Shown piece by piece: positions 50,402 through 62,970 of a stretch of 64,000 nucleotides of DNA. The notes beneath the pieces were generated by a model that saw only the letters and a list, made by a program, of their open reading frames with translations, did no database searches and had not been told where the DNA came from. Every line of letters starts with the position of its first letter. The stretch's first letter is position 1. This DNA comes from Camelus dromedarius (lineage: Eukaryota): positions 64,172,001 to 64,236,000 of the forward strand of contig NC_087437.1 in NCBI RefSeq assembly GCF_036321535.1, read 5' to 3'. The position numbers and the translations under genes are program-made.

Positions 50402-50730
50402 CACATCTTCTTTATCCATTCAGCTGTGGATGGGCAGTTAGGTTGCTTTCATACATTGGCAATTGTAAATAATGCTGCTAGGGGGTACATTAGTGTTTTT
50501 GGTTTTTTGGGGTATATACCCAAGAGTGGAATCCCTGGATCATATGATAGTTCTATTTTTAGGTTTTGGGGAAACCTCCATGCTGTTTTCCACAGTGGCT
50601 GCACCAATTTACATTCCCACCAACAGTGTACAAGGGTTCCCTTTTCTCCATATCCTCACCAACATTTGTTATTTGTGTTCTTTTTGATGATGGCCATTCT
50701 GACAGGTATGATGTCATGTCTCATTGTGGT
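49955..50730 (-). mobile_element. 5'-truncated L1, antisense
   Basis: L1 ORF2 end and 3'UTR motifs; 10-bp TSD acaaaaccca (49945-49954 and 50732-50741); internal (TG)n. Confidence 0.92.
50359..50399. repeat. (TG)n microsatellite
   Basis: About 20 perfect TG units. Confidence 0.97.
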
Positions 50731-51624
50731 AACAAAACCCACTGTTGAACGGAGTGCTTCACAATTGTCAAAGAACATTCACATCCTTATTTTCTTCTCC
50801 CATCATCTGCAGCTTCCTTTTACTGAACTCCCTGCCACTGTTCTGCTTGCTTTTTGTCACATTTAATTCTTATGCCAATAATAATTTTGAATTTGGTACT
50901 GAATTTTCTTACCCATTTTAAAGATGAAGAAATTGTCCAGAAAGAATGTGTCAAAGGCCACACATCTACTAAGAGGCAGCTTCACACACTTGTTTCCAAT
51001 TCCAGACTCCATCACACTGCACGGCACCTGCTATCAGTGTGAGCATCCTGGGGACTCTGGCTGCCATGCGTTGGCCCTGAGCCCTGGACTTCTGGACTTG
51101 CTGAAGGCTCCCTGCCCCACATCCAGCAAAGCTAGCCACCTTGGGCACTTCCCCTACTGCTCCAGGGTAAGCCCTGCTTCCCCTCTCCAGGCATGTTTGG
51201 GCTTGAAGACACCCACCCAGAGTGCCCACTATCAGCAGGAGCAGCCTCTCTCTTCCCCTGGACATCTGGGTGCCGTCCCTTCTCATCCCTTGGGCACACT
51301 GGGATGTTTTAAAAAAGGCAGAAATAGAACTCAGAAAGAATTTCAGATAGAGAGGGACAGGGTGCTTGTGGGCTCCAGGTCAGCAAATGTCTTGGTCTTC
51401 TCCAGCCTTGAGGTCAAGGTTACAGGGAAAGGAGCCCAAGCCACTCCCTTCTTACTCTGGGTTGTCCTGGTGGTGGGCCTGGTGGCCACTGGGGAGACTA
51501 TAATTACCCGAAGATACTTGCTGTGCCAAGCTTTGCTAGGAAGACACAAATTGGAGCTGGTTGCTCTTCCCTGGGGCTCTGGCCCTTGTTTTCTTTTGTT
51601 GTGCCCATGTTGAAAGGGCGTGTA

Positions 51625-52196
51625 TGGAGCAGCACTATTTACAGTAGCCAAGACATGGAAATAACCTTAGTGTCCATCAACAGATAACTAGATAAAGAAG
51701 ATGTGGTATGTATATAAAATGGAATACTACTGAGCCATAAAAAGAATAAAATAATGTCATTTGCAGCAACATGGGTGGACTTGGAGATAAAATTCTAAGT
51801 GAAGTAAGTCAGAAAGAGGAAGAAAAATACTATGTGATATCACTCATATGTGGAATCTAAAAAAAAAATAAAGGCACAGATGAACTTATCTACAAAACAG
51901 AAAGACTCACAGACATAGAAAACAAACTTATGGTTACCAGGGGGAAAGGCGGTGGGGAGGGATAAATTGGGAGTTCTAGATTTGCAGATACTAACTACTA
52001 TATATAAAACAGATAAACAAGTTTCTTCTGTATAGCGCAGGGACCTATATGCAATATCTTGTAGTAACCTATAATGAAAAAATATAAGAACAAATATATG
52101 TATGTATATATATGACTGAAACATCATGCTATACATCAGAAATTGACATAACTTTGTAAACTGACTATACTTCAATTAAAAAAGGTAAACAACAAC

Positions 52197-52230
<34 letters not shown>

Positions 52231-52238
52231 GAAAAGAG
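51625..52238 (+). mobile_element. 5'-truncated L1 with poly-A and (GAAAA)n tail
   Basis: gcagcactatttacagtagccaagacatggaa through ctgactatacttcaattaaaaaa, followed by an A-rich tail. Confidence 0.93.
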
Positions 52239-54209
52239 ATGTATTGTTTCATGGTTTTCCTTCCAGGCCGCACACTAGAATCACCTGCGGGGACTTGTAA
52301 AACTCCTGAAGCCCAGAGCCACCATCAGAGGGGATTCCATCTGTCCGTCTGTCCCGGTGGGGCCTGGGCATTGGTGTATTTGAGGGCCCCCAGTGACTCT
52401 CAGGGACAGCAGGGAGAGAGCGTGGGGCCACCTCGCTGCCTTGACCTTCAGCACTTGGTGCTGCCAGTACTGCTTTAGTGTTGCGATGTCTTCCTGCTCT
52501 CCCACGGCAGGGAGAGAGCCGAGCTACCCCTTGTGTCCCTTTGCCCAGCCCAGTGCCTGACTCCCAGGCCTCAGTCGGTGTACGCTGAGTTGTTAGTGAG
52601 GGAGCTCAAGTCAGAAAACATCCTGGTGTCGCCCTCCCTTTATCTCTCTTTCGAAGCATGGATGCTGCATGTTCTCCATAAAGGGCCCTTGATTTTGCAT
52701 CTCCAGTGTGGGGTGAGGGGTAGGGTCCTGACCCCATGCAGGATCTCCAGGTCACTGGTGAGTCTCAGGGGCTGGAAACAGAGCAGGGACCTTGGGCAGG
52801 GTCCTTTGTGGAGCAACTGTGGAGCTGCATTCTCTCTTTTCTTTGTCTCTGTATCCCCCCCCCCCCACACACACATACACATATGAATATAAACGTGAAT
52901 GGAGGTGGTAGATCCCTAAATACAGGGATGGGGTGGGGTGTGACTTGCAAGGGTGGAGGGAACAGACTTTGGGCTCTCTGTGCTGTTCATAGGACCCTCG
53001 TCCTGCAGGGGAAGTGTGGATAACTGGAATCTGCAGTGACAACACAGACCCTTCCCTTAGTCCACAGTCCCGCTCCTTACAGGCACCCCCATGTGTGTTC
53101 CTCCCCTCGAGGAAGTGAGGAAATGGAAAAGAAAGTAGAAGTCTGTGAGCCAGCTTCCCACACTGGGACCCTCCCAGAGAGTGGAGGATGGAGTGTGGGT
53201 GCGTTGATGGGCGCCCGCGTAGAAACTGTCTTTCATCTCAGGCTGAAATGCTGTGCCTTGATTTCCTGCCAGCCACTCTGTCCATAGAGTGATTGCCCTG
53301 CCACGGGGGGGCCCGAGTCTCCTGCGGCCTCCTTGAAGACTGGGTGGCATTGTTGCAGCAGGCAGCACTGGGAAGCTCGGGTTTCCTCTGCCCTGAGGCC
53401 CGAGCCACATCAAAGGTGCACCTGCAGTGGGGGCAGGGAGCTGCCCCGCAGGCTGCCCCCTCCCTGCACCCCCAGCCCCTCACCGTGGCTCCTGAACCTG
53501 GGGCCCAGGAAGACCCCTGCCCTGTAGGTCTACATCCCACCTGCCGCTTGGATGGCCACGCCTCTTTCTCTGGTTTCCGATCAGGCCCCATTGGGCCCTT
53601 CTCCAAAAACCTGCAACCAGGTTGGCTGCTTCTCAGATTAGCTCTGCTGGTTTTCAAATGTGTAGTCTCTACCTGCAGCCTCCGTGTAACCGCCTTGCCC
53701 GGTTCCCATCTGAATCTCCTATACTCTGGTTGTGGCCGTCACTTTCCTGAGAGGCTTTCTCCAAGGGCTTCTGCTGACTCAGTCCAGTGGCCAGTTCTTA
53801 GTGCTCAGCCTCCTGGGAACCCCCACATTTCTCAAACCCTCTCCTTCCTTGGCTTCCTCCTGACTGGCCTGCACACCTGGTCCTCGTGCTCTGCTTCCCC
53901 TCAGCCCTCCTCCCTCCCATTCTGACCCCACCCACCCAGCGGGGCCAGGACAAGCCTGCCTGAAGCACGTGGTCCTTCTCCTTTGCCCAGAAATAATCCT
54001 TTAACAAATGCCTGCTGTGTGCCTGCAGGGGCTGAATGCTCTTCCAGGGCTTGGGAGGGGGAAGAATCGACAAGACCTGCCCCTATGGAGTTTATACTCT
54101 AAGTGGAGGAGGCAGAGAAAAACAGTGAACAGAGTATACCTTATAATGTGTGAGACGATGATACACATGTGGCAGGATGTAATTTTAACTATTAGCACAA
54201 CTGCAATTT

Positions 54210-54490
54210 GAATATATCCCAGAGCAGAACAATACATAATTTCCCATATATCCCTAATTTCACTTCAACAGTCATCAATATTTTGCCCATCTTGTTTCAT
54301 CTATTCTCCTCTCAACTTTTGTTTATCCTGGCATATTTTAAAATAAACCCGAAACATCTTGCAGTTTTATCTGTTGATACTTAAGTGTGCATCTTGACTG
54401 ATTAAGATGTATTTACATTGTATATAAACAAGGTGCTGTTGTCACACCTAACGGAACAAACAGTGATTCTTCTGGACTGTTTAACTCTAT
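54210..54490 (-). mobile_element. Ancient L1M 3' fragment
   Basis: cttcaacagtcatcaatattttgcccatcttgtttcatcta and tattttaaaataaaccc. Confidence 0.7.
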
Positions 54491-55002
54491 TGTGGGTGGC
54501 AGTCTTGCCTCACCAGGTGTGGGAAGACCCTTGAAGGCAAGTATCATGTGATAAGAGAAAGCACCCAGAGCTTGGAAACAAGGCAAAAGGATGATCACAT
54601 GTCCTGGTGATCTCACACTGCAGCCTAACAGGTCCCCCCAAGGTTATGTAACTCTCTAGGGGGATGTACTTTTGCCTGATTTCCAATTTGTTATTGATTA
54701 AGGGCCAGACTTTATGACATTAGATGTTAAGATGCAGATTGATAGCACAGATATTTAACTGCTAGGGCCGCAAATGATTTCTGTCTAGTAGAGAAGGTAA
54801 CTCTCAACGTTATGATTTTGTTGCCCTGTAGGACATTAACCAGTTTTTTTTTTCCACTTAACAAACTCGTTTCTGCATGCCTTTCCTGACTGATTATATA
54901 AACCCCTGTTCTTCAAATTCTCTTTGGAGCTAGGTTCACCATCCCTTGTTAATGAGTCAAATTATATTCACAAGAGAGCATTTTGAAAACTACACTTTGA
55001 CA
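54491..55002 (+). mobile_element. Probable solo LTR (ERV1-like)
   Basis: TGTG...GACA termini, ~510 bp, TATATAAA at 54895-54902; abruptly truncates the L1M fragment; no clear TSD or AATAAA. Confidence 0.5.
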
Positions 55003-55799
55003 GTAGCCTATACATGTTCTGTAGCTTAGTCTAGGCCACTGCCTGGCACAGACTAGATGTTTGTGAAATTGGATTTCTACTTGACTTGTTACTGTATTGT
55101 AAGGGGAAGAATCAAGGTTTTAAGTTGAGATGTGCTTAGCAGATATCATGGAGCTCTGGAGTGGGGGTGGAGGCGGCCAAAGCAGGTGGCCCTGAGGAGT
55201 GAGGGCGGGGGAGGGTCTGTGGACGTGGGGCTGTCCAGAGAGCACCTGTCTGCCCCCTGCTCCTGCGAGCAAGGCCCTGCCCTGGCCCTAACGTTGCACG
55301 AGGAGGGAGCAAGAGCAAGACCTCCATGTGCGCGCGCATGTGTGCATGCACGTGTGGGTGGGTGTGGTGGGGATGTGCCCAAGAGGGTGTGCTGACTTGC
55401 CAGTTTGCCCCCGTGCTCAGAGGGCAGGCGTAACATTGTGGGGGTGTTCTTTTATGTCTAAAAATTACCACCCTCTATTCCTCATTCTTTTCTGGGTGAG
55501 GAATTCTTTGTATCTCCTCCCAATTATTCTATTACAGTTTAGGCCTGGGATGCAGAGGGAGGTGGGAATATCTGAAAATGCAGCTGGGACTGTGGTGGGA
55601 GGGCTCTTGTGTAGGGAAAAGCAGCTGCCCTTTTCACCCTCTGAGAGGCTGTGTTTTCTGTCTGATGGCAGGGGTGGTGGGAGGGTATGTGCACGGAGCA
55701 GAGCTGATGGGGGTAAGGATTGTCCTGTGCGTTCCCAGAAATGGAGCTGCTCAGTGTGGAGGAACAAGCCCTCCCTTCACTTAAAAATACCCAATTGCC

Positions 55800-55837
55800 C
55801 TGTATACCAGAAATTGACACATTGTAACTGACTATGC

Positions 55838-55894
<57 letters not shown>
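55800..55894 (+). mobile_element. Extremely truncated L1 3' end with (TAA)n tail
   Basis: ctgtataccagaaattgacacattgtaactgactat matches the end of the L1 at ~52130-52170; TSD aaaaatacccaattgcc / aaaaaacacaattgcc; TT|AAAA site. Confidence 0.85.
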
Positions 55895-55900
<6 letters not shown>

Positions 55901-58189
55901 CACAATTGCCATGCTGGCTCTCTCAGCCTCCTGAGGGCCTGTTCTTCCAGGAAACCAAAGCAGTGAGGAGTTAGAGGAAGGCCTTGCCCTCCCAAGCCCC
56001 GCCCCAAGCTTCCAAATCTCTCAGTCTCAGCATTCATTGAGGCACCAGCCAGGGCAAGCAAGCACCTTAGAGGGTTGTTAACAAAAAAGAATTTTCAGTT
56101 CAGTTTAAAGGTTGGATGTGTTCAATATTTCATTCAGATTGGCATGGGAAAGCTTTTAATAACATCCTTTTCTGTTTGGTGCTAGAGTAACATTTAAAAG
56201 TGACCTGTCTAATCGGTGGTGGAGGGGCCGCTATATGGGGGCATCGTTAGTCCCTGGAGACTGGAGGGTGATAGGAGAGGGGTCATGTCTTCTCTCCTTG
56301 ACTTTCTTCATCTTCCCATCTTCCTCCATTGCCCCCTCCTCATTCAGTTCATGTAGCAGCCCCTGCCATCAGGAGACCTTTGCCAGTGCCAAACACGGGG
56401 GACACAAAGATGCATGGGACACTTTTCCCAGCTGGAGAAGCTATGAGCCCTGTAAATAGTGACCCTTCACGAGTGAACAGTGCATTCTGGTCGACGGAGC
56501 ACATTCACATTTTTTGTGTGTTCAAAGCCTCCTAAGAACTGGGGAGACAAGCCAAGACAAGCCTTTTCCGTCCCAGAAGAGGAAGCTGAGGCTCAGAGAG
56601 GTTGCAGGCCATCTCTGAGGTCACATGGGTGGTGCTTGGTGGAGCCAGGACGGGAAGAGCCTTTTGGGACATGGTCAAGCCCATCATCTCTGGCTGTACA
56701 GAGGCTGCTCGCTGAGGGTCACGGGAGCTGAGGAGGTGGAGACAGGGTGTCAGAGAAGTTGAGGGCTGGCTTGCAGGATGTGGTGACATCTGTAGGGCAG
56801 GGCAGGCTCCTGGGACCCAGGTCTCTGGCTGGAGTGTTTCAGGCCAGGACATTGCTGTCTCCTGAGTCCCTATTGATCTCCCATCCTCCACGCTTTGCCA
56901 GTTGCAATGAGAGGGACCGGGGCAAGACGTAACATGAAGACCCTCTTGAAGAGAAGCAAGATGGAGTGGGGAGTCAATTACAGAAGGAACATGTGAAGTA
57001 GAAACTGGCAGTGGTGTCATTTAATAGGTGACGAAGAATGTCCTTTCTGACTGAGGAGGATCTATGTCTGTCAAGCTGTCATTGCCCCCTCCCTAGTCCC
57101 TGATCCTGCTGGGGTGGGGTCTGGGGGTTGGAAGGAAGGCTACATGCAGGAAGATGTTGACTGGGGAGCAGTTGGGTCTGAGAGGCAGATTGGCCATGGT
57201 TCTTGTGGGCTGTGTGCGACCTGTTTCTTGTTGCTGGGAGATGTGGGGCAGGATGGCACTTGTCCCCAGAAGGATGAGTGCCCAGAACTTCCGCTGTTTC
57301 TGATGTTTCATGCTAGTCTTCCTGAAGTCGGGAAAGGGTACAAGAGATGAGGCTTGGCTCTCCCATTCTGCTTTTCTTGCAGAATGTGCTGGATTTTCAG
57401 ACAGGGAGTGTGTGGTTTGGTCTGGCTGATCATCACATTTTCTAGGGAAACTTTAAGGAAAGAAGGAAATGGGCCATATCTGTGAGCATCTGATTCAGTA
57501 GGTCAAGGTGGGGCCCGGGATCTGAGTATTTTTCCTAGGAGAGCAGCACCCTAATACAGATCCCGACCACGGTACTTGTTTGGTGGTGGCCATCAGCCAC
57601 CCAGTCCGGAGATGAGGGGCAGTCAGTTTCCATCGGTGCATAGGAGCCGGCGGCGCGGGGGGGGGGGGGGTGCAGCCAGCAGTGACGTCTCACTGCAGGT
57701 AATGTGTCACAGCTGCCATCTGCACACTCAACCCCAGCTCTTCAGAGGAGGTGGGGTGGGTCATTCCAAACTTCAGAGTTTTCTAACTAGTGTAAGATTT
57801 GTCCCTTTAAGCAACAACACTTAAAAATTGTCAGCCACTGTGTTTGTGATTCTCTATAAAATGTTATTACATGCGTGTCTGCCTTTTTAAACAGAGTCAC
57901 GCAAGCAGAAATGTAACCTTTTCTTGATGTCCCGGGGGTATGTTAGGAACCTTAATTAATGTAGTGGGCTGTAATTCAGTGGGGCTTATGGGACGATTTG
58001 CTTATACCAAATGGCCCCCTGAGGTTTTGCGTTTTTGTGCCTGCGCTTTAGTTTTTCCAGCTGTGCTTCTTGCTGACTGATGTCCCGTCTTGCTAGACAA
58101 AATGTACCTGCCTAAAGCAAATTTCACTTTTAATTTGCATTTATTATTTGGGCTTGGAAAACGGATAACTAAAGTTCTTGTAACCAAGT

Positions 58190-58630
58190 AGGGCATCTTG
58201 TGGTTAACTCGTGGTTAACCCTCCCTGAGCAGCAGCAGTGAAATTTGGGATTGACCTCAGCCCAAGGAGGTGGCTCTGATTGGTTGAAGGGGACACATTT
58301 TTCCCTTGTCATTGGTTGAGTCATAAATATAAATGACAAAATTTGGACTAATGGGGTTTAAAGAGAGTTGTAAATGAGAAGACACAGCAGTCGGCAGCTG
58401 AATTATACCTTCCAGAACTTTCTTTGGGAAAAAGCCTACTGGGGACGGCAGAGAGGGACGTGAAAGTACAGAGCCTAGCAGAGTGGAGAGGTGGAAAGAA
58501 CGGTGAACTGGGTGGTTTTTGGATCCTCAGAACCTCCTCTCATGAATTGTTATATTTCCTTTGGTTTAAGCCCCTTTGAATTGAGTTGGGTTTTCAGCTG
58601 ATTATAACTAAAAGCATACCAGGGGTTAAT
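58190..58630 (+). mobile_element. Old ERVL/MaLR-type LTR
   Basis: ctctgattggttgaag, tcattggtt, ggtttaagcc, gttgggttttc, aactaaaagcatac motifs. Confidence 0.55.
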
Positions 58631-61600
58631 ACTGAATATACAAAACAGTCGTGAGCAGGTTCTGGGTGAAGCCTGAAGATTTCAGGACGTTCACTGTTAC
58701 TCTGTTTTGCTTCCTCAGAAGTTTGGGTGTGGTTTTGACGTGGGGGCTTTTTTCCTCCTAAGAGTTTCCGGGTGTGAAGTGGCTGCTTCGCATTCACCTT
58801 TGTGTCCCCAGTGCTCGTCCCAGTGCCTTCACTGACCGGACAGTCGAAAGTTGTTAGAGTGACTTCAGCTCAGCAGTCTGCATGCGTCCTCAGGTGCTTA
58901 CTTCTCCCCGTGGGCAGTCATACATGCTCGTTGCTCTGGACCTGTCTGGTTTGTTAGGATGTTAAAAGAGCCCACTCTCTCAGCGCTGGTCATTTTTAGC
59001 AGTGCTTTCCAGTTTATAAAGTGTCATCTCTTCCTTATCTCAGGAAATAGTAGGGCCAGGATCATCATCATTTCACAGATGAGGAAACCAAAAGTCAGTG
59101 GATCGACGTGAAGTTTAATTTTATATTGAGTTCTTAACAAATTTAATTTTGAAATGGCATCCAGAGCACTTTCTTTTGAAATAAGTGCTCAAGAGGAGCA
59201 CCCCTCTCCAAGACTTCTCCTCAACAGGTGCCCTGGTGGTCACTAAGAGATCAATAACAATGATCAGTGCCTGGGGTGGAGGGGGGAGTCAGGTCTCAGG
59301 ATGGGACTGCCCCTGCCTCCCACTGCCTGCCCAACAACTGTGATTTGCCATCAGGTTTGAGCTCTTCAGGATTCACAGCTTGTGCTGCTCGCCTTGTTAA
59401 TTGGTGATTATTCTTCAAATTGGGTTGCTCTCTTCAATGGAAGAAAAGCAGCAATTTGCCTCTGTCCATGTTCGTGCCAGTTTTGCAGCTAAAAATGGAG
59501 TGTAAAACTTGGGTGTTCCTTGTCTGGGACCTGTCTCATGATGGTTATTCATCCATAGGCGTTTGGGAGCTCTGAAGTCAGTCTGCTTCCAGGAGAAGCC
59601 ATTCCTCTCATATATATCAAAACACATGCATATCAGAAATGCAAAGGGCTCCTTCAGGATACAAAGCACTGGGTTGATAGGATGGTTCAAAGTTAGCTCT
59701 ACCGCATGCCCCCATCCATGATGCCTGTCCTCCTGAACCCAGCACAGAGCCCCAAGAACTATGCTCTCTAGTTGCCCTTCCCATCTCACACCCGTGGCCC
59801 CCTGGACCTAACCCATAGTTGTCTTCCTGCATGTGGATCCTCCCCGCACCGGGGCTTTGCTAACAACACTTGACACGCTGGGATGCGCAGACCATTCCCT
59901 TTGCTCTGCCTTCAGTTACCAAGCTGATTTTTCCTTCACTTCCAGCCATCAATAGAAATTATTGTGTAGAACACTTACTTTGACATTGTTTTGAAAATGG
60001 CATTGTGTATGTATCTTGTTTCCTGGAGGGCAAGGATTATATTTTACATTGTTCTTGTGTGATGCACAGCATCTAGCATTTCCCTTATCGGCTAGAATTT
60101 CAGTTTTCAAAGGAGTGCATTCCCCAATAAATACCTAAGGAGTGTTGTCGCTGCTTGGTGTTCTGCTCTGTGGATTATCTCTGCTCACTCCTTCTGCTTC
60201 TAAGTACCTTTCCTGGCCACTCACTGTGAGGCTGAATGCAGGAGTTGTCAGGCCTGGGCTTTTAAGGGGATGAGTGGGTGTGAACTTAGCTTATATTGTG
60301 TGAACGCATTCCCCGGTGCATGACAGATACATTCTGGATTTTTGGTCCCTGGGAATTTTGAAGGGGAGAGAGGTGGGAAAGGGGAGTTGGCTGCAGTGTC
60401 CTTGGTGTATTGAATACTATGAGAGAAAGCTTTGAAGCTTCTCCACACTGCCCTGATACCACATCTGATGAGGAGCTGGGGTGGGGGTTCCCTATGAAAG
60501 GGGACAGACGGCTCTCCCAGCCCATTCAGGGCCGCTGCAGCTCTTTGTGAGTTTTCTGCTGTCACCAGCCAACGTGAAATAAAAATGGTGGTGATGGAAG
60601 AACAGTTTCTTCTCCAAAGTCTGTGGCTTGGTTCCACTTGTTTCTTTTTTCTCCACGATATTCCTACTGCTACCCAGGCCTCTGTAGAAAAGCTCACCCT
60701 CCGAGATTCTGAGATCAGTGGCCGGTCCTTGCCACCGTGTGAGGAATGTGGAGATGCTGGGGCAGCTGACAGCAGCTGAGGTGAAGCCCGCACAGGCTCA
60801 GCTGGCTTTCGCTTGCACGCCTCCATGTCTGAGCTATGGCTGCTTCTCCCTCCTTTCTGCCTTGCTCCAACGTCCCCCTTGCCCACTGCTCCTGCAGCAG
60901 CCCAGTAGCCTAAGCTTTGAGGGGCCCTTGGCCACAAAACCCACCCGCTTCTCCCAGGCACTGCCTTCTGTGGTCTGGCCAGCTCCCTTCCCAGCACAGT
61001 CCCTCGCAGAGCGAGGCCAGGCCCCTGGGATTCAGTGCACCTTCCCACTCCATCCCTGACTCCCAACCAGGTGCTGCTCCCGGCTTGGACCCACAACCAC
61101 ACACAGGTGTCTTGGTTGTCAAGATGACTTGGAAGCCTATTGTCATTTGGTGGCAGAGGCTAGGGATGCAGTGCACAGGGTCCCTCAAAACGTGCCATGA
61201 ACCCTTTATCGACGAACACCATGCGCCCCAGGCCCAGGCCAAACGGCGAGCTTCTGATCTTCCGCTGAGGTGGGGGTGGTGGTGGGGAGTCGGAGAAGGT
61301 CCAGGTCCCGGCTCTGTCACTCACTGGCCCTGGGCCTAGCGTCCTGGCCTGTTTCTTCAACACAGCACAGGAAAAGAACAGTGCCCCCACTTCACAGAGT
61401 CTACGTGGATTGGATTTGTTAACATACACAAGGACTCGGGACAGTGCCTGGTGCACACTGAGTGCTGTTGAGGCGTTCACTGTCCTTCCTGGGCCTCAGG
61501 TGGAAACTGTCCTCCTGGTGGACACTTGCCTCGTGCGTGAGCCGTGGGCCCGTGGCAACGTGGCTGGGAACTTTGGCTCCAGTGTGGTCACTCACCCGGT

Positions 61601-62174
61601 GCGCAGCCCAGGCCTCTCTGGGGACCTGTGCTTCCTTCAAGCTGCTGTCAGTCCAGCACCGGCCCTCACTCCATCGCACCCTTCTGGAGGGCTGCTCCCC
61701 GGTTCTTATTAGGAGTCTACTTCAGCCGCACTGTCTCCTTTCCTCTCAGTCTCCAGAGTTGTATATGTTTGTTGTTGTTTCTTTTTCAGAACCTCTTTTA
61801 GCCTGTGGTCCTCAAAACACAGACTCTTAGGCCCCACTCCAGAGATTCTGGGCCAGGATGTCCAGATAGGGCCAGGAATCTGCATTTAACCTGGTGCTGC
61901 TGGTCACCAGCCTCTCACTCTACTGGTCCAGTTTATATGTCTGCTCCTCCCCAGGAAGGGGAGGGCCATTGCTGTCCTCACCCCCAGGAGGCACGATACC
62001 CATTAGCATCTCACAGCTGATCACCATCTGACTCGGGTTCACATATCATCATTTTAAAAAATCTTAAAATTCCACACATGTATTTTCTTCTGGCTAGGGT
62101 CATACCTCAATGAAGAATCTCTCCTTTGGGTAAAGGATAGATGACAGCAGGTGAGGGGTGACATGGCTTTCTTT

Positions 62175-62390
62175 TCAGAAAGTGGTGTAGTGAGAAGGAG
62201 AGTCTCTGGGCTGGAACTCAATGACTTGGGTTTCTGGCCCTGACTCCATTACTAGCCTGCTGTGTGACCTTGGTAGAGTCAGTTAATCTCTCTGGGCCTC
62301 ACTTGCCTTATTTCTAACATGTAGGGGTTGAACAGGTTGGACTTGCCAAAGTTCTCTTCCAACTCTAAACCTCTGTAAGTCTATGAGTCT
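62175..62390 (+). mobile_element. MIR-family SINE
   Basis: gtggtgtagtgag, gctgtgtgaccttgg, aatctctctgggcctca. Confidence 0.8.
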
Positions 62391-62789
62391 ATTTAAATGT
62401 GCTGACAGCTTTAGAATGGCTAATTAATGAGTTTTTAGTGGGAAAACAATTAGGTGATAATGAAGGCCTCAAGAGTAAATCTCTCCACTTCTTGTAATGA
62501 GTTGAGCGGAGGAGAGTTGGAGTGTGTTTTCACCTAATGGAGCCCCTGGGAAGAAGGAACATAGACACTCAGGCTCCTACCTGGGGACTCAAGGAGGCCA
62601 GGAGTGAAGAACAAAGCCACACATAGAGGAAGCTGGACGGTCCCATCCTAGAACAAAATGAGTCACCTTGCAGGGCAGGCTTAGAGCCATGCGGATGGAG
62701 AGGAATATTGGCAGCTCTGCGGACCTGGGAATCGCACTCCTGCCTGACATCCGTTTCCAGAGCACGCTCACCTGCATGCTCTTTTTTTA

Positions 62790-62970
62790 ATCTTCTTCCA
62801 CCTCATGAAATAGATAAGCCTAGAACTTTTCTCTCCCCCATTTAACAGATGAGAAGTGGAGGCTTGGAGGAACGGTGCACTCGAGGTAAGATCAAGGAGC
62901 TAATAAGTGATAGACGAAGACTCAGCCCACACCTCTTGATCCAAAGCCCGCATCCTTCCCACTCTTCCTG
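62790..62970 (-). mobile_element. MIR SINE
   Basis: ccccatttaacagatgagaagtggaggcttggag. Confidence 0.7.

Noticed and set aside
50924..51613. 229-aa ORF
   Set aside because: Begins in a MIR-like fragment, no recognisable domain, no exon structure; a chance frame
50014..52175. ORFs overlapping the L1 elements
   Set aside because: Translations of L1 3' sequence and a (CA)n repeat
60248..61102. 284-aa minus-strand ORF, the longest in the track
   Set aside because: Non-ATG start, no homology I recognise, composition typical of GC-rich intron
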